Source of the DNA: a virus
IMG/VR virus record: IMGVR_UViG_3300045988_138661
DNA: 64,000 nucleotides
Strand: one strand, 5' to 3'
A program made the position numbers and the translations under genes. Shown here piece by piece: positions 47,513-59,300 of the stretch. The notes below the pieces were generated by a model. It did not search any database, was not told the origin of the DNA, and was given only the letters and a program-made list of their open reading frames with translations. Position 1 is the first letter of the stretch. Every line of letters begins with the position of its first letter.

Positions 47513-47974
47513 ATGGAAAAATTTAATTATTATGATGATGACATTAATATGATATATTAGGCAACCCCACAAAAAAGTGGTGAAGCATTAAAAAATTTAT
47601 CCGAATCCTTAGCTTCATTTACAATAGCCAGCGAGGACATAGATAATTAGTTAAAACAGTTAGGGATTACTGGAAAAACTCTTTATGAAGTTCTAAGTCA
47701 AATTGCAGATAAGTGGGTTGATGTATCTTTAGCCGGGTGTACAGGGAAAGATGATCTAAGCGGACCGGGAACAAGCGAGGAAACCGACAAACCAAATGAA
47801 AAATGTGATTTAGAAATTTTTGATGAAAATGAGGATTCCACAATTTTTCCTAATTCTGCTATCACACATGATATAATCAAAAATAAAAATGGTACTATTA
47901 CAGAAACTGCATCTATTGGAGATCCAATTATAATTCAAGCAGATAACGCAGATAATGAGTTTATTATATTTTAA
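47513..47974 (+). CDS. hypothetical acidic protein with 2 in-frame TAG codons
   Basis: Single frame from ATG 47513 to TAA 47972-47974. Confidence 0.35.
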
Positions 47975-47976
47975 AT

Positions 47977-48005
47977 TTGACTAAATAATTAAAATATGGT
48001 ATTAT
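47977..48005 (+). promoter_or_regulatory. promoter (TTGACT, TGnTATTAT)
   Basis: TTGACT, 17 nt, TGGTATTAT. Confidence 0.55.
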
Positions 48006-48037
48006 ATAAATATAAATGAAGAAAGAAGAAAAATATT

Positions 48038-48310
48038 ATGGATTTAAAAGAAATGATTGATAAAGCTTATAAATACGATAATAGTTTAGAATTTTTTGAA
48101 GAAAAAGAAAAACATACTAAAGGTTATATATATGATAGTCTTTGTTATAGATATCAATTAGCTCGCTATAAAGCAATGGAAATGGATATAAATACATTTG
48201 CGATTGATTTAGGACTAAAAGAAGCTCAAAAGAAAGCAAAAAAGTTATATGAAAGAGATTGCCTGCGTTTTTACCAAATTCTTGATGAAGCAATTGGAGA
48301 ACATGATTAA
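48038..48310 (+). CDS. small protein, tandem paralog A (ends ..LDEAIGEHD)
   Basis: ATGA coupling to the next gene. Confidence 0.4.
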   Translation: MDLKEMIDKAYKYDNSLEFFEEKEKHTKGYIYDSLCYRYQLARYKAMEMDINTFAIDLGLKEAQKKAKKLYERDCLRFYQILDEAIGEHD

Positions 48311-48636
48311 TGAAAAAGAAATATTATCCTAAGCGAGATAATAATTTTTATTTAGATAAAACTAAAGAAGAAATTTTATCAGAAATTGATTATGATAATC
48401 CAGAAACTTTTTTACCGTATCTTGAAATACTAGATTATCCATATCTTGAATATGAATGGAATCGTTGTCTTCAACTTGGAAGAGGGCGCAATTTAAATAA
48501 TATTTTTGGTAGGTATATTGCACTAATGCGTCTAAAAGGATATAAAAGTTTTTCATATCAAGATAGCAATTATTTAAATAATGCGAGAAAGAAAAATGAT
48601 GAAATTTTAGATGAAGTGATTGGAGAGCATGATTAA
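48310..48636 (+). CDS. small protein, tandem paralog B (ends ..LDEVIGEHD)
   Basis: Shares the C-terminal nonapeptide with the upstream ORF. Confidence 0.4.
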   Translation: MKKKYYPKRDNNFYLDKTKEEILSEIDYDNPETFLPYLEILDYPYLEYEWNRCLQLGRGRNLNNIFGRYIALMRLKGYKSFSYQDSNYLNNARKKNDEILDEVIGEHD

Positions 48637-48857
48637 TGTGGATTTACTGGAAAGAGCAATGTAATTATTGCTCTAATTATGAAAGTTGCTCTTATTACAA
48701 TAAAGCTCAAGAATTAATTTCTAAATTAGATAGTATAGATAGACATACAACAGGTGTTTATGGAACATTAAAATGGGCTTGTGATTATTTTAAAGTTGAT
48801 GAAAATAAATATTATAGATTAAACCCTGGAGAATGTGAAAATGGAATTAACTCGTAA
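48636..48857 (+). CDS. small Cys-rich protein
   Basis: 73-aa ORF. Confidence 0.35.
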   Translation: MWIYWKEQCNYCSNYESCSYYNKAQELISKLDSIDRHTTGVYGTLKWACDYFKVDENKYYRLNPGECENGINS

Positions 48858-50034
48858 ACAAGAAGAAGGATTGAAAATTGCGGTTGAGCGCTATTATGCT
48901 CATAAACGTTGGACTTGTATAGCGGGATACGCGGGAAGTGGAAAAAGCACTTTGATTAAATTTATTATTTCTGCTCTTGATGTCGATCCAGAAGAAGAAG
49001 TTTGTTATGTGGCATTTACAGGTAAAGCTGCGACTGTGCTTCAACAAAAAGGCTGTCCAAATGCGACAACTGCGCATAAACTCCTATATAAAGCTAAAAT
49101 GATGGCTAATGGAACTTTTAAATTCTTTCCAAAAGATAATAGTGAATTAGCGCAATATAAAGTAATTGTTGTCGATGAAATATCAATGCTTCCTAAAAAA
49201 TTATGGGATTTAATGCTAACTCATGGCATTTATATTATCGCGGCGGGCGACCCTGGCCAGCTGCCTCCTGTAGATCCTAATGAAAATAATCATGTATTAG
49301 ATAAACCGCATATCTTCCTTGATGAAATTATGCGCCAAGCGCAAGATAGTGAGATTATTCGTTTTTCAATGTGGATTAGAGAGGGTAAATCTTTAATTTC
49401 TTATCGTCCAGAAGGGAAACAAGTAAGAGTATATGATAAAAGTCAAGTTATACCTGAGATGTATGATTGGGCGGATTAGATTATTTGTGCTAAAAATGCC
49501 ACAAGAACTAAAATTAATAATGTAGTCCGATTAAGAAAAGGATTTGATCCTAATGTCCCTCAAATTGGAGATAAAATTATTGGATTACATAATAACTGGG
49601 ATTTTATGTCTGAGAACCGAGTATGGGCTTTAACTAATGGCACTGTTGGAACTATTGAAGATTTTTATACTGAAGACATTCGAGTCCCTTATTATATTTC
49701 AGAAGTTCCTATTACTTATATGTTTACCCAAATTGTTTTAAGCGATGGAGATAAATTTTGTGGAACTCCAATTGATTATAAACAACTTATCACTGGTGAA
49801 GGAACTCTTACGGGCAGTCAATGTTATCAATTAAGAAATAATAAACAATGTCTCGATCCTCCATTTGATTTCTCCTACGCTTATGCTATTACCTGTTGGA
49901 AAGCGCAAGGTAGCGAGTATGGAAAAGTATTGGGATTTGAAGAAAATCATCCTTTTGATCGAGAAGAACATAAAAAATATTTATATACTATGGCTACTAG
50001 AGCCAGTGATAAATTAGTAATTATAAGGAAGTAA
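48835..50034 (+). CDS. Pif1/RecD/Dda-like SF1B DNA helicase with 1 in-frame TAG
   Basis: Walker A GYAGSGKST and Walker B VIVVDEISM lie before the TAG at 49477. (TAG)IICAKNATRTKINN and YTMATRASDKLVII lie after it, in the same frame. Confidence 0.7.
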
Positions 50035-50037
50035 TAA

Positions 50038-50682
50038 ATGAAAAAAATATTATCAATAGATTTTGATATTATAATGTCTCCTTGTATTCAACTTTACAAT
50101 AATTATTCGACTGATGATTGGGAAACATTATGTTCTCATTTTGAAATTTTAAAATTTGCTAAACCCGATTATATCCATTTTAAAAGGCTTTTACGACTTT
50201 TATTAAAATTAAGTAAAAGTATGAAAAAAGAAAATATTCATTTTATTGTTTCACATGAAATGATTGCTACTTATGTTGATGAAAATATAGATGATACTAT
50301 ATCTTTAATTAATATAGACCATCATCATGATATTGCTTACGTCGATAAAGACATTGAAAATAAAATTGAATATTTAAATTGTGGAAATTGGGTAAAATAT
50401 CTATCTGAAAAAGGTAAATTAGAAAATTATGTTTGGATTAAAAATGAAGATTCAACTGATTATACAGAAGATATAAAATTTAATTTTTCGTCTACTCCTA
50501 TTATAGAGTGCAATTTAGGAACGATTGATACTCCTGATGAATTATTTATTTGTTTATCACCTCAGTGGATTCCACCTCATTTAAGATGTCTTTTTTATAT
50601 TATTGTAGATATATTTAATAGCATTTATGATACTGAATTTAAAATTCAAGGAGACGAAGAAAATAATGGTAAATACATCTAA
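50038..50682 (+). CDS. hypothetical protein
   Basis: 214-aa ORF. Confidence 0.4.
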   Translation: MKKILSIDFDIIMSPCIQLYNNYSTDDWETLCSHFEILKFAKPDYIHFKRLLRLLLKLSKSMKKENIHFIVSHEMIATYVDENIDDTISLINIDHHHDIAYVDKDIENKIEYLNCGNWVKYLSEKGKLENYVWIKNEDSTDYTEDIKFNFSSTPIIECNLGTIDTPDELFICLSPQWIPPHLRCLFYIIVDIFNSIYDTEFKIQGDEENNGKYI

Positions 50683-50929
50683 TTTAAATTCAAGTATTAA
50701 TGCTATACTTGAAAATAATATGTTTCTTAAGGACGCGGATTTAACTTAGGATTTAAACTCTAATTTAGAACTTTTTGCTCATGACTTAAATGTAGAATTA
50801 GATATGCTAAATTCTATGGTTTGTGATAATATAAATAAAATATCAACTCGATCAAAAGATTTTTCTAATTTTTTAAGAGATATTCGTAGTATATGCGATA
50901 ATTATATCTCTCGATTTGATATTTATTAA
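50665..50929 (+). CDS. small hypothetical protein with 1 in-frame TAG
   Basis: ATG 50665 to TAA 50927-50929. Confidence 0.3.
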
Positions 50930-50944
50930 ATAATATGATAATAT
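50916..50944 (+). promoter_or_regulatory. promoter (TTGATA, TGnTAATAT)
   Basis: TTGATA, 17 nt, TGATAATAT. Confidence 0.5.
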
Positions 50945-50978
50945 ATAAATATAAATGAAAGATGAAAGGAATGTGCGA

Positions 50979-53900
50979 ATGAGATCATATTTCGGGATTC
51001 ACAATCATACAATGTATTCAAATTTACGTCTATTAGATTGTATTAATAGACCACAAGCTCTTATTGATAAAGCAATAGAGTTAGGGCTATCAGGAATAAC
51101 TATTACAGACCATGAATGTCTTTCTGCGCACATGGAAGTAAACCAATATGCAAAAAAATTAAGAGAAGAAAATCCTGATTTTACCATTGCTCTTGGCAAT
51201 GAAATCTATCTTACTGATACAAGAGATAATGGACAAAAATATTATCACTTTATTCTTATTGCTAAAGATGCCATCGGACATAAAGCATTAAGAGAATTAA
51301 GTTCTATTGCTTGGATTCATAGTTATGTTGATAGACGTATGGAACGAGTTCCTACTTTAAAAAGTGAACTTGAAATGGTAATGGAACAATATAAAGGACA
51401 TGTTATAGCAACAACTGCTTGTATTGGTGGAGAACTTGGTAGCTGTATTTTACCAATGTTCCAAGCAGAATTAAATAAAGATATTGAAACTCAAAATAAA
51501 TATTATAATCAAATAATTGATTATATCAATTTTTGTATTAAAGTATTTGGAAAAGATGATTTTTATCTTGAATGTGCGCCATCTACTGATGCTGAGCAAA
51601 TAATTGTAAATCATAAAATTTATCAAATCGCCAAAGCATTTGATTTAAAAATGGTAGTTGGAACAGATGCACATTATTTAACTAAAGAAGATAGACCCAT
51701 TCATAAAGCATATCTTACTTCTAAACCAGGAGAAAGAGAGGTTGATGATTTTTATAAATTTACTTACTTAATGACAAGTGATGAAATTTTTGAATTAATG
51801 GAACCTTATGCTAATGATTGGGATAAAGATAATAAAACAGGGAAAGAATTGATAAATTGGATTCTTGATAACACTCAAGAGATTCAAAATAAAATTTCTT
51901 TTTATTCATTAGAAAGAAAACAAATTATTCCAAAAGTTGAAGTAAAGGATTATAAGAAAGGATTCATTCCTTCAAATTGGTTTGATAAATATCCAATTAT
52001 CTGTTCTTTAATTGATAGCGACAATATTCAAGAACGATATTGGGTAAATGAATGTATTAAAGCTTTACAAGAAAAGCAACTTTATGATAATAAAAATTAT
52101 TTAGAGCGACTTGAAATTGAAGCTGATATCATAAAAGATATTGGCGAAAAATTAGATGACTGTCTTTTTGCTTATTTTAATACTTTCCAACATTATATTA
52201 ATTTATTTTGGGAATGTGGAAGTATCGTAGGCCCCGGGCGAGGTTCTGCAACTGGCTTTTTATCTAATTATCTTTTAGGTATTACTCAATTAGATCCAAT
52301 TCGTTGGGGACTTCCTTATTGGAGATTTTTAAATAAGGAGCGCGCGGAATTACCTGATATTGATATTGACCTTGCCCCAAGTAAACGTCCCGCGATTTTT
52401 GAAGCAATTAGAAAAGAACGTGGAGAATTAGGTCTAGTTCAAGTTGCTACATTCGGAACTGAAGGCACTAAACAAAGTATTTTAACCGCTTGCCGTGGGT
52501 ATAGAAGTGAAGAATTTCCAGAAGGAATTGATGTTGATAATGCTCAATACATGTCTTCGTTAATTCCTCAAGAGCGTGGATTTTTATGGCCTATCCATGA
52601 TGTTATTTATGGTAATGAGGAAAAAGATCGTAAACCCGTTCAAGCGTTTATTCGAGAAGTAAATCAATATCCTGGTCTTTTGGATATCATTGTATATATT
52701 GAAGGAATGGTTAATAAACGTTCTTCTCATGCTTCTGGTGTTATCTTATATGGCGACGACCCATTTGATACCGCATCATTTATGAGAACTCCTAGTGGAG
52801 ATATGATTACTTGTTGGGATCTTCATAAAGCGGAAGCCGCTGGAGACACAAAATATGATTTCCTTGTAACTGAAGCTTCTGACAAAATTATTACTTGTTA
52901 TCAATTACTTCTAAAAGATAAGCAGATTCCAGAATTATCTTTACGAGAATTTTATAATAAATATATTCATCCAGAAGTGATAGATACAACTGATCAAGCA
53001 ATTTGGGACCATCTTGCCGCTGGTGATGTATTAGATGTATTCCAATTTTCTACGGGAGTTGGTTTGGCGATCGCGAAACGTCTTAAACCACAAAACCCTA
53101 TGGAAATGACAGCGGCTAATGCTATGATGCGTCTTATGTCTGAAAAAGGCAAAGAATCACAGCAAGATAGATATTATCGTATTCAACATTCAGGTATTAA
53201 AGTATTTGATGATGAAATGAAGGCTCAGCATCTTCCTCAAGAATTAATTGATAAGATGCATAAACATTGTGATAAATATTATGGATGTTGTCCTATTCAA
53301 GAGCAAATGATGGAAATTCTTATGGATGTAGCTCATTTTACTCTTGGTGAAGCTAATACTGCGCGTAAGATTGTTGCTAAAAAACAAATGGCTAAAATTC
53401 CACAATTGAGAGAACAAGTATTTAGTAAATTTGATAATGAGAAATCTGCTGAATACTTTTGGGAAATCGCAGTTGCTCCTCAATTAGGATATGCATTTAG
53501 TCTTAATCATTCTCTTCCTTATTCATTTGTAGCAATTCAAATGATTTACTTAGTAATTCATTTTAATCCTATTTATTGGGATACTGCTTGTTTAATTGTT
53601 AATAGTGGTTCCCTTGAAGATAATAGTAAAGAAGAGATTGTAGATATTTATGCTCCTGAAGGTGATGATTTAGCTAATGGAGTAACATTTGAAGATCTTC
53701 CTGATAAAAGTGGTAAAATCCGCAAAACTGCGGCTACTGACTATGGAAAAATTGCCAAAGCCATTAGTGATATTCAAAAAGCAGGAATTGAAGTAGGCCT
53801 TCCTGATATTAACAAATCTAAATTTGGATTTGCTCCTGATATTGAAAATAATAAAATCCTTTTTGGATTAAAAGGTATGTTGAATGTTGGTGATGAATTA

Positions 53901-54968
53901 GTTAATACAATCATTGCTAATCGTCCTTATTCAAATCCTAAAGAATTTTTATACCGTATTAAGCCAGGTAAACAAGCTATGATTTCTCTTATTAAAGGCG
54001 GAGCTTTTGATAATATGATGGATAGAAAAGAATTAATGGTTTGGTATATTTGGGAAACTTGCGATAAAAAGAAAAGAATTACTCTTCAAAATATGGGCGG
54101 ACTTATGAAGTATGATCTTCTTCCAGAAGAAAATGAAAATCAAATTATGGCTCGCCGTATTTATGAATTTAACAGATATTTAAAAGCAATTTGTAAAACT
54201 GCGAAAAATAACAGTTTATATCAACTTGATGAACGAGCAATTAATTTTTTAGTAGAAATTGGAGAAGATAATAATATTCAATTTGATGGCACCAATTATT
54301 ATTTAAGTGAAAATATTTGGAATAGTATATACCAAAAGTGGATGGATGTATTTCGCGCTTGGATTGCTAATAACAAAGATGAAATTTTGGATAATCTAAA
54401 TATGAAAATATTTAAAGATGATTGGGATAAATATGCTAATAAAAATAATTTATCTGCTTGGGAAATGGAAGTCCTTTGTTATTATTACCATACCCATGAA
54501 TTGAATAATATTAACAATGATAAATACGGATTTGTAGATTTCTTTAAGCTTCCAGAAGATCCAATAATTGATAGAAGTTTTACTAAAGGAAATCATACTA
54601 TTCATATTTATAAATTGTTTAAAATTTGCGGAACTTGTATAGCAAAAAATAAAACTAAAAGCACTGTAACTATCCTTACTACTACTGGTCCTGTAGAAGT
54701 AAAGTTTAGAAAAGAATATTTTAGTTTATTTGATAAACAAATTTCAGAGCGTGGTGCAGATGGAACCAAACATATTGTTGAAAAATCTTGGTTTAACCGC
54801 GGAAATATGATTGTAGTCTCTGGAATTCGTAATGGAGATAATTTTATGTCAAAAAAATATGCTTCTTCTGGAGGACATCAATTATATAAAATTGATGAAA
54901 TTTTATCCAATGGCGATTTAGTTTTAAAAGATGCCCGTTATCAAGGAGGAATTGAAGAAGATGTATAA
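50979..54968 (+). CDS. DNA polymerase III alpha-subunit-like replicative polymerase (PHP domain plus polymerase core)
   Basis: PHP motif GIHNHTMYS...ITDHE; pol III alpha signature GPGRGSATGFLSNYLLGITQLDPIRW. ATG 50979 is preferred over 50955, which lies inside the promoter's conserved downstream element. Confidence 0.85.
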   Translation: MRSYFGIHNHTMYSNLRLLDCINRPQALIDKAIELGLSGITITDHECLSAHMEVNQYAKKLREENPDFTIALGNEIYLTDTRDNGQKYYHFILIAKDAIGHKALRELSSIAWIHSYVDRRMERVPTLKSELEMVMEQYKGHVIATTACIGGELGSCILPMFQAELNKDIETQNKYYNQIIDYINFCIKVFGKDDFYLECAPSTDAEQIIVNHKIYQIAKAFDLKMVVGTDAHYLTKEDRPIHKAYLTSKPGEREVDDFYKFTYLMTSDEIFELMEPYANDWDKDNKTGKELINWILDNTQEIQNKISFYSLERKQIIPKVEVKDYKKGFIPSNWFDKYPIICSLIDSDNIQERYWVNECIKALQEKQLYDNKNYLERLEIEADIIKDIGEKLDDCLFAYFNTFQHYINLFWECGSIVGPGRGSATGFLSNYLLGITQLDPIRWGLPYWRFLNKERAELPDIDIDLAPSKRPAIFEAIRKERGELGLVQVATFGTEGTKQSILTACRGYRSEEFPEGIDVDNAQYMSSLIPQERGFLWPIHDVIYGNEEKDRKPVQAFIREVNQYPGLLDIIVYIEGMVNKRSSHASGVILYGDDPFDTASFMRTPSGDMITCWDLHKAEAAGDTKYDFLVTEASDKIITCYQLLLKDKQIPELSLREFYNKYIHPEVIDTTDQAIWDHLAAGDVLDVFQFSTGVGLAIAKRLKPQNPMEMTAANAMMRLMSEKGKESQQDRYYRIQHSGIKVFDDEMKAQHLPQELIDKMHKHCDKYYGCCPIQEQMMEILMDVAHFTLGEANTARKIVAKKQMAKIPQLREQVFSKFDNEKSAEYFWEIAVAPQLGYAFSLNHSLPYSFVAIQMIYLVIHFNPIYWDTACLIVNSGSLEDNSKEEIVDIYAPEGDDLANGVTFEDLPDKSGKIRKTAATDYGKIAKAISDIQKAGIEVGLPDINKSKFGFAPDIENNKILFGLKGMLNVGDELVNTIIANRPYSNPKEFLYRIKPGKQAMISLIKGGAFDNMMDRKELMVWYIWETCDKKKRITLQNMGGLMKYDLLPEENENQIMARRIYEFNRYLKAICKTAKNNSLYQLDERAINFLVEIGEDNNIQFDGTNYYLSENIWNSIYQKWMDVFRAWIANNKDEILDNLNMKIFKDDWDKYANKNNLSAWEMEVLCYYYHTHELNNINNDKYGFVDFFKLPEDPIIDRSFTKGNHTIHIYKLFKICGTCIAKNKTKSTVTILTTTGPVEVKFRKEYFSLFDKQISERGADGTKHIVEKSWFNRGNMIVVSGIRNGDNFMSKKYASSGGHQLYKIDEILSNGDLVLKDARYQGGIEEDV

Positions 54969-55536
54969 AATTATTGCATTATGTGGAAAATCTGGTGCAG
55001 GAAAAGATAGCCTAATGATGGCTACCTTTTCCCATTTGAAAGAATATTTAAATCCTATTATAAGCCATACTACGCGCCCAAAGCGTGAAAAAGAAGTAGC
55101 AGATAAAAATTATCATTTTGTTTCGAATGATCAATTTTTAACTTTAATTGATGAAAATAAAATGTTAGAAACTACTTGTTTTAATAATTGGTATTATGGC
55201 ACAAGTATTGACAGTTTATCTGATAGTAAAATTAATATTGGTGTTTTTAATCCCGAAGGAATTATAAGTCTTCTTAAAGATGATAGAATTGAATTGGAGA
55301 TATATTATATCACCGCTAAAGGGAAAACACGCTTAATTAGGCAATTAAATAGAGAAGAAAATCCTGATGTAGATGAAATAATTAGAAGATATACCACTGA
55401 TGAAATTCAATTTCAACTAATGGATAATATTAAATGCAATATTATAACAAATGAAACATTAGAAGATTATAATAATATCGTTAATCTTTTAACTCAAAAA
55501 GTTAGACAATGGGCGGAAATGGACCAAGATAAATAA
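54961..55536 (+). CDS. guanylate kinase-like nucleoside monophosphate kinase
   Basis: P-loop CGKSGAGKDS plus the guanylate-kinase signature SHTTRPKR. Confidence 0.6.
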   Translation: MYKIIALCGKSGAGKDSLMMATFSHLKEYLNPIISHTTRPKREKEVADKNYHFVSNDQFLTLIDENKMLETTCFNNWYYGTSIDSLSDSKINIGVFNPEGIISLLKDDRIELEIYYITAKGKTRLIRQLNREENPDVDEIIRRYTTDEIQFQLMDNIKCNIITNETLEDYNNIVNLLTQKVRQWAEMDQDK

Positions 55537-55549
55537 TTATTTACTAACA

Positions 55550-55597
55550 AAACCTAAATATAGTAGAATATTCTAAAAGAACTACTATATTTAGTTT
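55550..55597 (+). terminator. long imperfect hairpin (terminator/attenuator) directly before the nrdD RBS
   Basis: AAACCTAAATATAGTAG ... CTACTATATTTAGTTT. Confidence 0.5.
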
Positions 55598-55610
55598 GGA
55601 GGCAAAAAAA

Positions 55611-57833
55611 TTGTATATTATTAAACGTGATGGAAGTATAACTCAATTTAATAAAAAGAAAATTATTAACGCAATAAATAAAGCATTTATTGAAGTTGAT
55701 GGTAAACTATATGAAGATGATACTGCAAAAGATATAGCAGAAGACATTGAAAGACAAATAAATCATTTCCCTGATGGAAGCGTTGGAGTAGAAGATCTTC
55801 AAGATTGGATTGAAGATTATTTAATGCGTTCTGAGCGACGCGATGTTGCTCGTGCTTATATCAGATATAGATATAAGAAAGAAGTCGCTCGTAATAAAAA
55901 AGATGATTTTATTAAAGCAATTCGTGAAAAGCTCGATGGCAATAATGTAAAGAATCAAAATGCTAATGTTGACGAACATTCATTCGGCGGTCGCACTGGT
56001 GAAGCAAGTAGTGTTGTTACCAAACAACTTGCGCTTGATTATTTACTTTCACCTATGGCTCGTAAGAATCATATTGATAATATTATTTATACTCATGATC
56101 TTGATTCTTATTATGTTGGTTCTCACAATTGTTTAAGTGTTCCCTTTGATGATTTACTCGCCAATGGATTTAATACTCGTCAAGCTGATGTCCGTCCTGC
56201 GGGCTCAATTAATACAGCATTTCAATTAATCGCTGTTATTTTCCAAATTCAAAGCCTTTGTCAATTTGGTGGAGTTAGTGCCACTCATTTAGACTGGACT
56301 ATGGTTCCCTATGTAAGAAAATCTTTCTTTAAACATTTCAATGATGGTATTGAATTTTTATATGAAGGATTAGATATGAGTAAATATGATGGTTGTTATA
56401 GTAAAAAAACTCCTATTGAAGATGATTTTTATAAATCATTTCCGAAGGCATATAAATATGCTATGAAAATGACTATTCGTGAAACTCATCAAGCTGCGGA
56501 AGGCCTTTACCATAATCTTAATACTTTACAGTCTCGTAGCGGTAACCAATTACCATTTACGAGTATTAATTATGGCACTTGCACCTTACCAGAAGGTAGA
56601 ATGGTAACTAAAGCATTATTAGATGTTTCTATTGAAGGTCTTGGTAAATTGCATAAAACTTCAATTTTTCCTTGTGGAATTTTCCAATGCATGAAAGGAG
56701 TTAACCGTGAAGAAAGAGACCCAAATTACGATTTATTTAAACTCGCATTACGTTCAACCGCCACAAGATTGTACCCAAATTATGCTAATGTCGATTGGTC
56801 TGGAAACGCAGGATATGACATCAATGACCCCCGTACCTACTTTTCTACGATGGGATGTAGAACAGCCAATGGATATGATATTAATGGTTTCGGTCAATTG
56901 AAAGATGGCAGAGGAAATATTTGCCCTGTTACTATTATTCTTCCTACTCTAGCGATGATGGCAAAAGAAGAATGTTAGAAAGAAGGACAAGAAGAAGATA
57001 TTGTCTCTGTTTTCTTAGCTTTACTTGATAGAAAAATCAATGAAGCACGTATTCAATTAATGGAACGTTTTGAATGGATTTGTTCTCAAGATCCTGGATC
57101 TGCGAGATTTATGTATGAAAATAATGTTATGGCAGGTTATGTTCCAGAAGAAGGAATTCGTTCCGCTCTTAAACACGGAACTCTTGCTATTGGTTAGATT
57201 GGTCTTGCAGAAACTCTTCAAATTCTCATTGGAGAAGATCATACCACAGAATACGGTATGAAAATTGCTAAAAAGATTGAAAAACGTTTCAAAGATAGAT
57301 GCGCTGAATATAAAGAAAAATATAAATTAAATTTTGGTGTATACTATACTCCTGCAGAAAATCTTTGCTATACTGCTATGACAAAATTCAAAGAAAAATA
57401 TGGCATTATACCTAATGTTTCTGATAAAGAATTTTTCACTAATAGTATTCATGTTCCCGTATGGAAGAAAATTTCTCCCTTTGACAAAATTGATATTGAA
57501 AGTCAGTTGACAGGTTATTCTTCTGCTGGATGTATTACATATGTAGAATTAGATTCTACTGTAAAACATAATATTGATGCTCTTGAAACTATCGTCAATT
57601 ATGCGATGGATCACGATATTCCTTATTTCGCTGTAAATGTTCCTAATGACACTTGCCTTGAATGTGGTTATTGTGATGAATTTAATGATTCTTGCCCTGA
57701 GTGCGGAAGTCATAATATCCAACAATTGCGTCGTGTAACTGGTTATCTTACAGGTAATTATAAAACTGCTTTCAATTGGGGCAAACAAAAAGAAGTTGAA
57801 GCAAGAGTAAAACATACAGGGTAGATGGAATGA
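55611..57833 (+). CDS. nrdD: anaerobic ribonucleoside-triphosphate reductase NrdD (ATP-cone, catalytic core, zinc ribbon, glycyl-radical motif); TTG start; 3 in-frame TAG codons
   Basis: ATP-cone IIKRDGSITQFNKKKIINAI. C-terminal zinc ribbon CLECGYC...CPECGS and glycyl-radical RVTGYL follow the TAGs at 56976 and 57195 in the same frame. The terminal TAG at 57822 is followed by a TGA 3 codons later. Confidence 0.85.
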
Positions 57834-57871
57834 TACATTCAATTTATGATTTAGCAAACTATTTTAATTAG

Positions 57872-57895
57872 AAACAAGGACGAAAGTATCCTTGT
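57872..57895 (+). terminator. hairpin downstream of nrdD
   Basis: AACAAGGA cgaaagta TCCTTGTT. Confidence 0.4.
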
Positions 57896-58173
57896 TCTAA
57901 TTAGATAGTAATATGTGCTTATATAACTGATAATTCTCAAGAAGTTTATAATTATTTAGATAAAAATAATATTATACCAATCAGGATATCAAAAACTCGT
58001 ATAGAATGGCAAGAAAATAATGAGCGATGGATATGGTTACCTATAACTTAGAATACCAGGGGTTATAGATTTTATAAAATAAAAATATCTAAAAATTATA
58101 ATAACGAAGAAATATTAAAAACAATAATTATTCCTTATTGTAGTTTATATTGTTGCTCTTGGGAGGTTATGGA

Positions 58174-58851
58174 ATGAATTATTCTAAAAAACCTTTAAGG
58201 AAGCATTAGAAAATAAAAAATAAATTAGAAAAAGCTACAGAAGTATTAAATAAAAAAATTGATTCGGAATTAGAAGCAATTATAAAAATAATATTTTCTT
58301 GGATAGCTAATGATGAAAAAATTAATACAGAAGAACATCAAACTATTCTAATAAATTTATTTTATAAGGCTTTAGAAAATCTTTATTCAGAGATTAATAT
58401 AGAATTAGGAAAAATTTACACAAAAGTAGCTCCATTTAATTTGCAGAATATCGCAAATTTAACTTTTCAAGAAGATGGAAAAACATTAGATGAGCGGATT
58501 ATTAAATATTTAGATGACTTAGAAGAAAAAAGACTATCTGGTGATTTTCCAGATAATTTAAAAAGTTTTAGTGTTAATATGTATTCTCGTCTATTAAATA
58601 ATGAAAGTAAATATTTATTCACTCATTTAATGGAAATGAAAATAAAACCCGTAGCTTCAATACTCGTAATTGAATCAGGGACTTGTGGTGATCTATGCAG
58701 TGAATGGGATGGAGAGTATCCGGCAGGAGAAGATATTCCTCTTCCTCCTTACCATACTAATTGTTAGTGTTCTGCTTATTATATTGAAACTGATGATGAA
58801 GATGACGTTAATGATTTAGATTTAGAAGTGGAGGAAATAAAGGATATATGA
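58174..58851 (+). CDS. Mu-F/SPP1-gp7-like (head morphogenesis family) domain protein with 2 in-frame TAGs, one inside the conserved HxNC-x-C motif
   Basis: The C-terminal region has the shape of the Mu F signature (TCGDLC...DGE....PLPPYHTNC-TAG-C, family consensus ..HPNCRC). It lies between nrdD and nrdG. Confidence 0.45.
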
Positions 58852-59300
58852 AATATGCAGGAATTATAAAGAATGATTTGGCGGCGGCACCCGGAGTATG
58901 TGTATCATTTTTTACACAAGGGTGTCCGCACCATTGTGAAGGATGCCAAAACCCCGAAACGTGGGATTTTAATGGTGGGAAAGAATTTACTAATAAAGTA
59001 TTAGATGAATTAATTACTGCCATTAATGCGAATAATGTTGAGCGTAATCTTTGTATTATGGGTGGAGAGCCTCTCTGCCCTGAAAATGAATTTTTAACTA
59101 ATTTAGTTATTACTGAAATTAAAAAAATATATCCAAATATTAAAATATATGTATGGACTGGATATGTTTATGATGATTTGAAGAATAGTAATAATATTAG
59201 AATTAAGAATATATTAAAAACTGCTGATTATCTAATTGATGGACCATATATCCAAAAGGAAAGAGATATCACTTTGCCTTTGCGCGGTTCCCGCAATTAG
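58848..59300 (+). CDS. nrdG: anaerobic RNR activating protein NrdG (radical SAM); ends at a TAG and may extend to the TGA at 59341-59343
   Basis: CPHHCEGC (Cx3Cx2C) near the N-terminus, small size, follows nrdD. Confidence 0.75.
   Translation: MKYAGIIKNDLAAAPGVCVSFFTQGCPHHCEGCQNPETWDFNGGKEFTNKVLDELITAINANNVERNLCIMGGEPLCPENEFLTNLVITEIKKIYPNIKIYVWTGYVYDDLKNSNNIRIKNILKTADYLIDGPYIQKERDITLPLRGSRN

Noticed and set aside
50955-50978. ATG 50955 as the polymerase start, and similar ATGs inside the conserved AAATGAA(A/G)AAAG box downstream of several promoters
   Set aside because: That ATG is part of the conserved promoter-proximal element repeated at other promoters. The downstream ATG 50979, with a GAAAGG RBS, is the better start.
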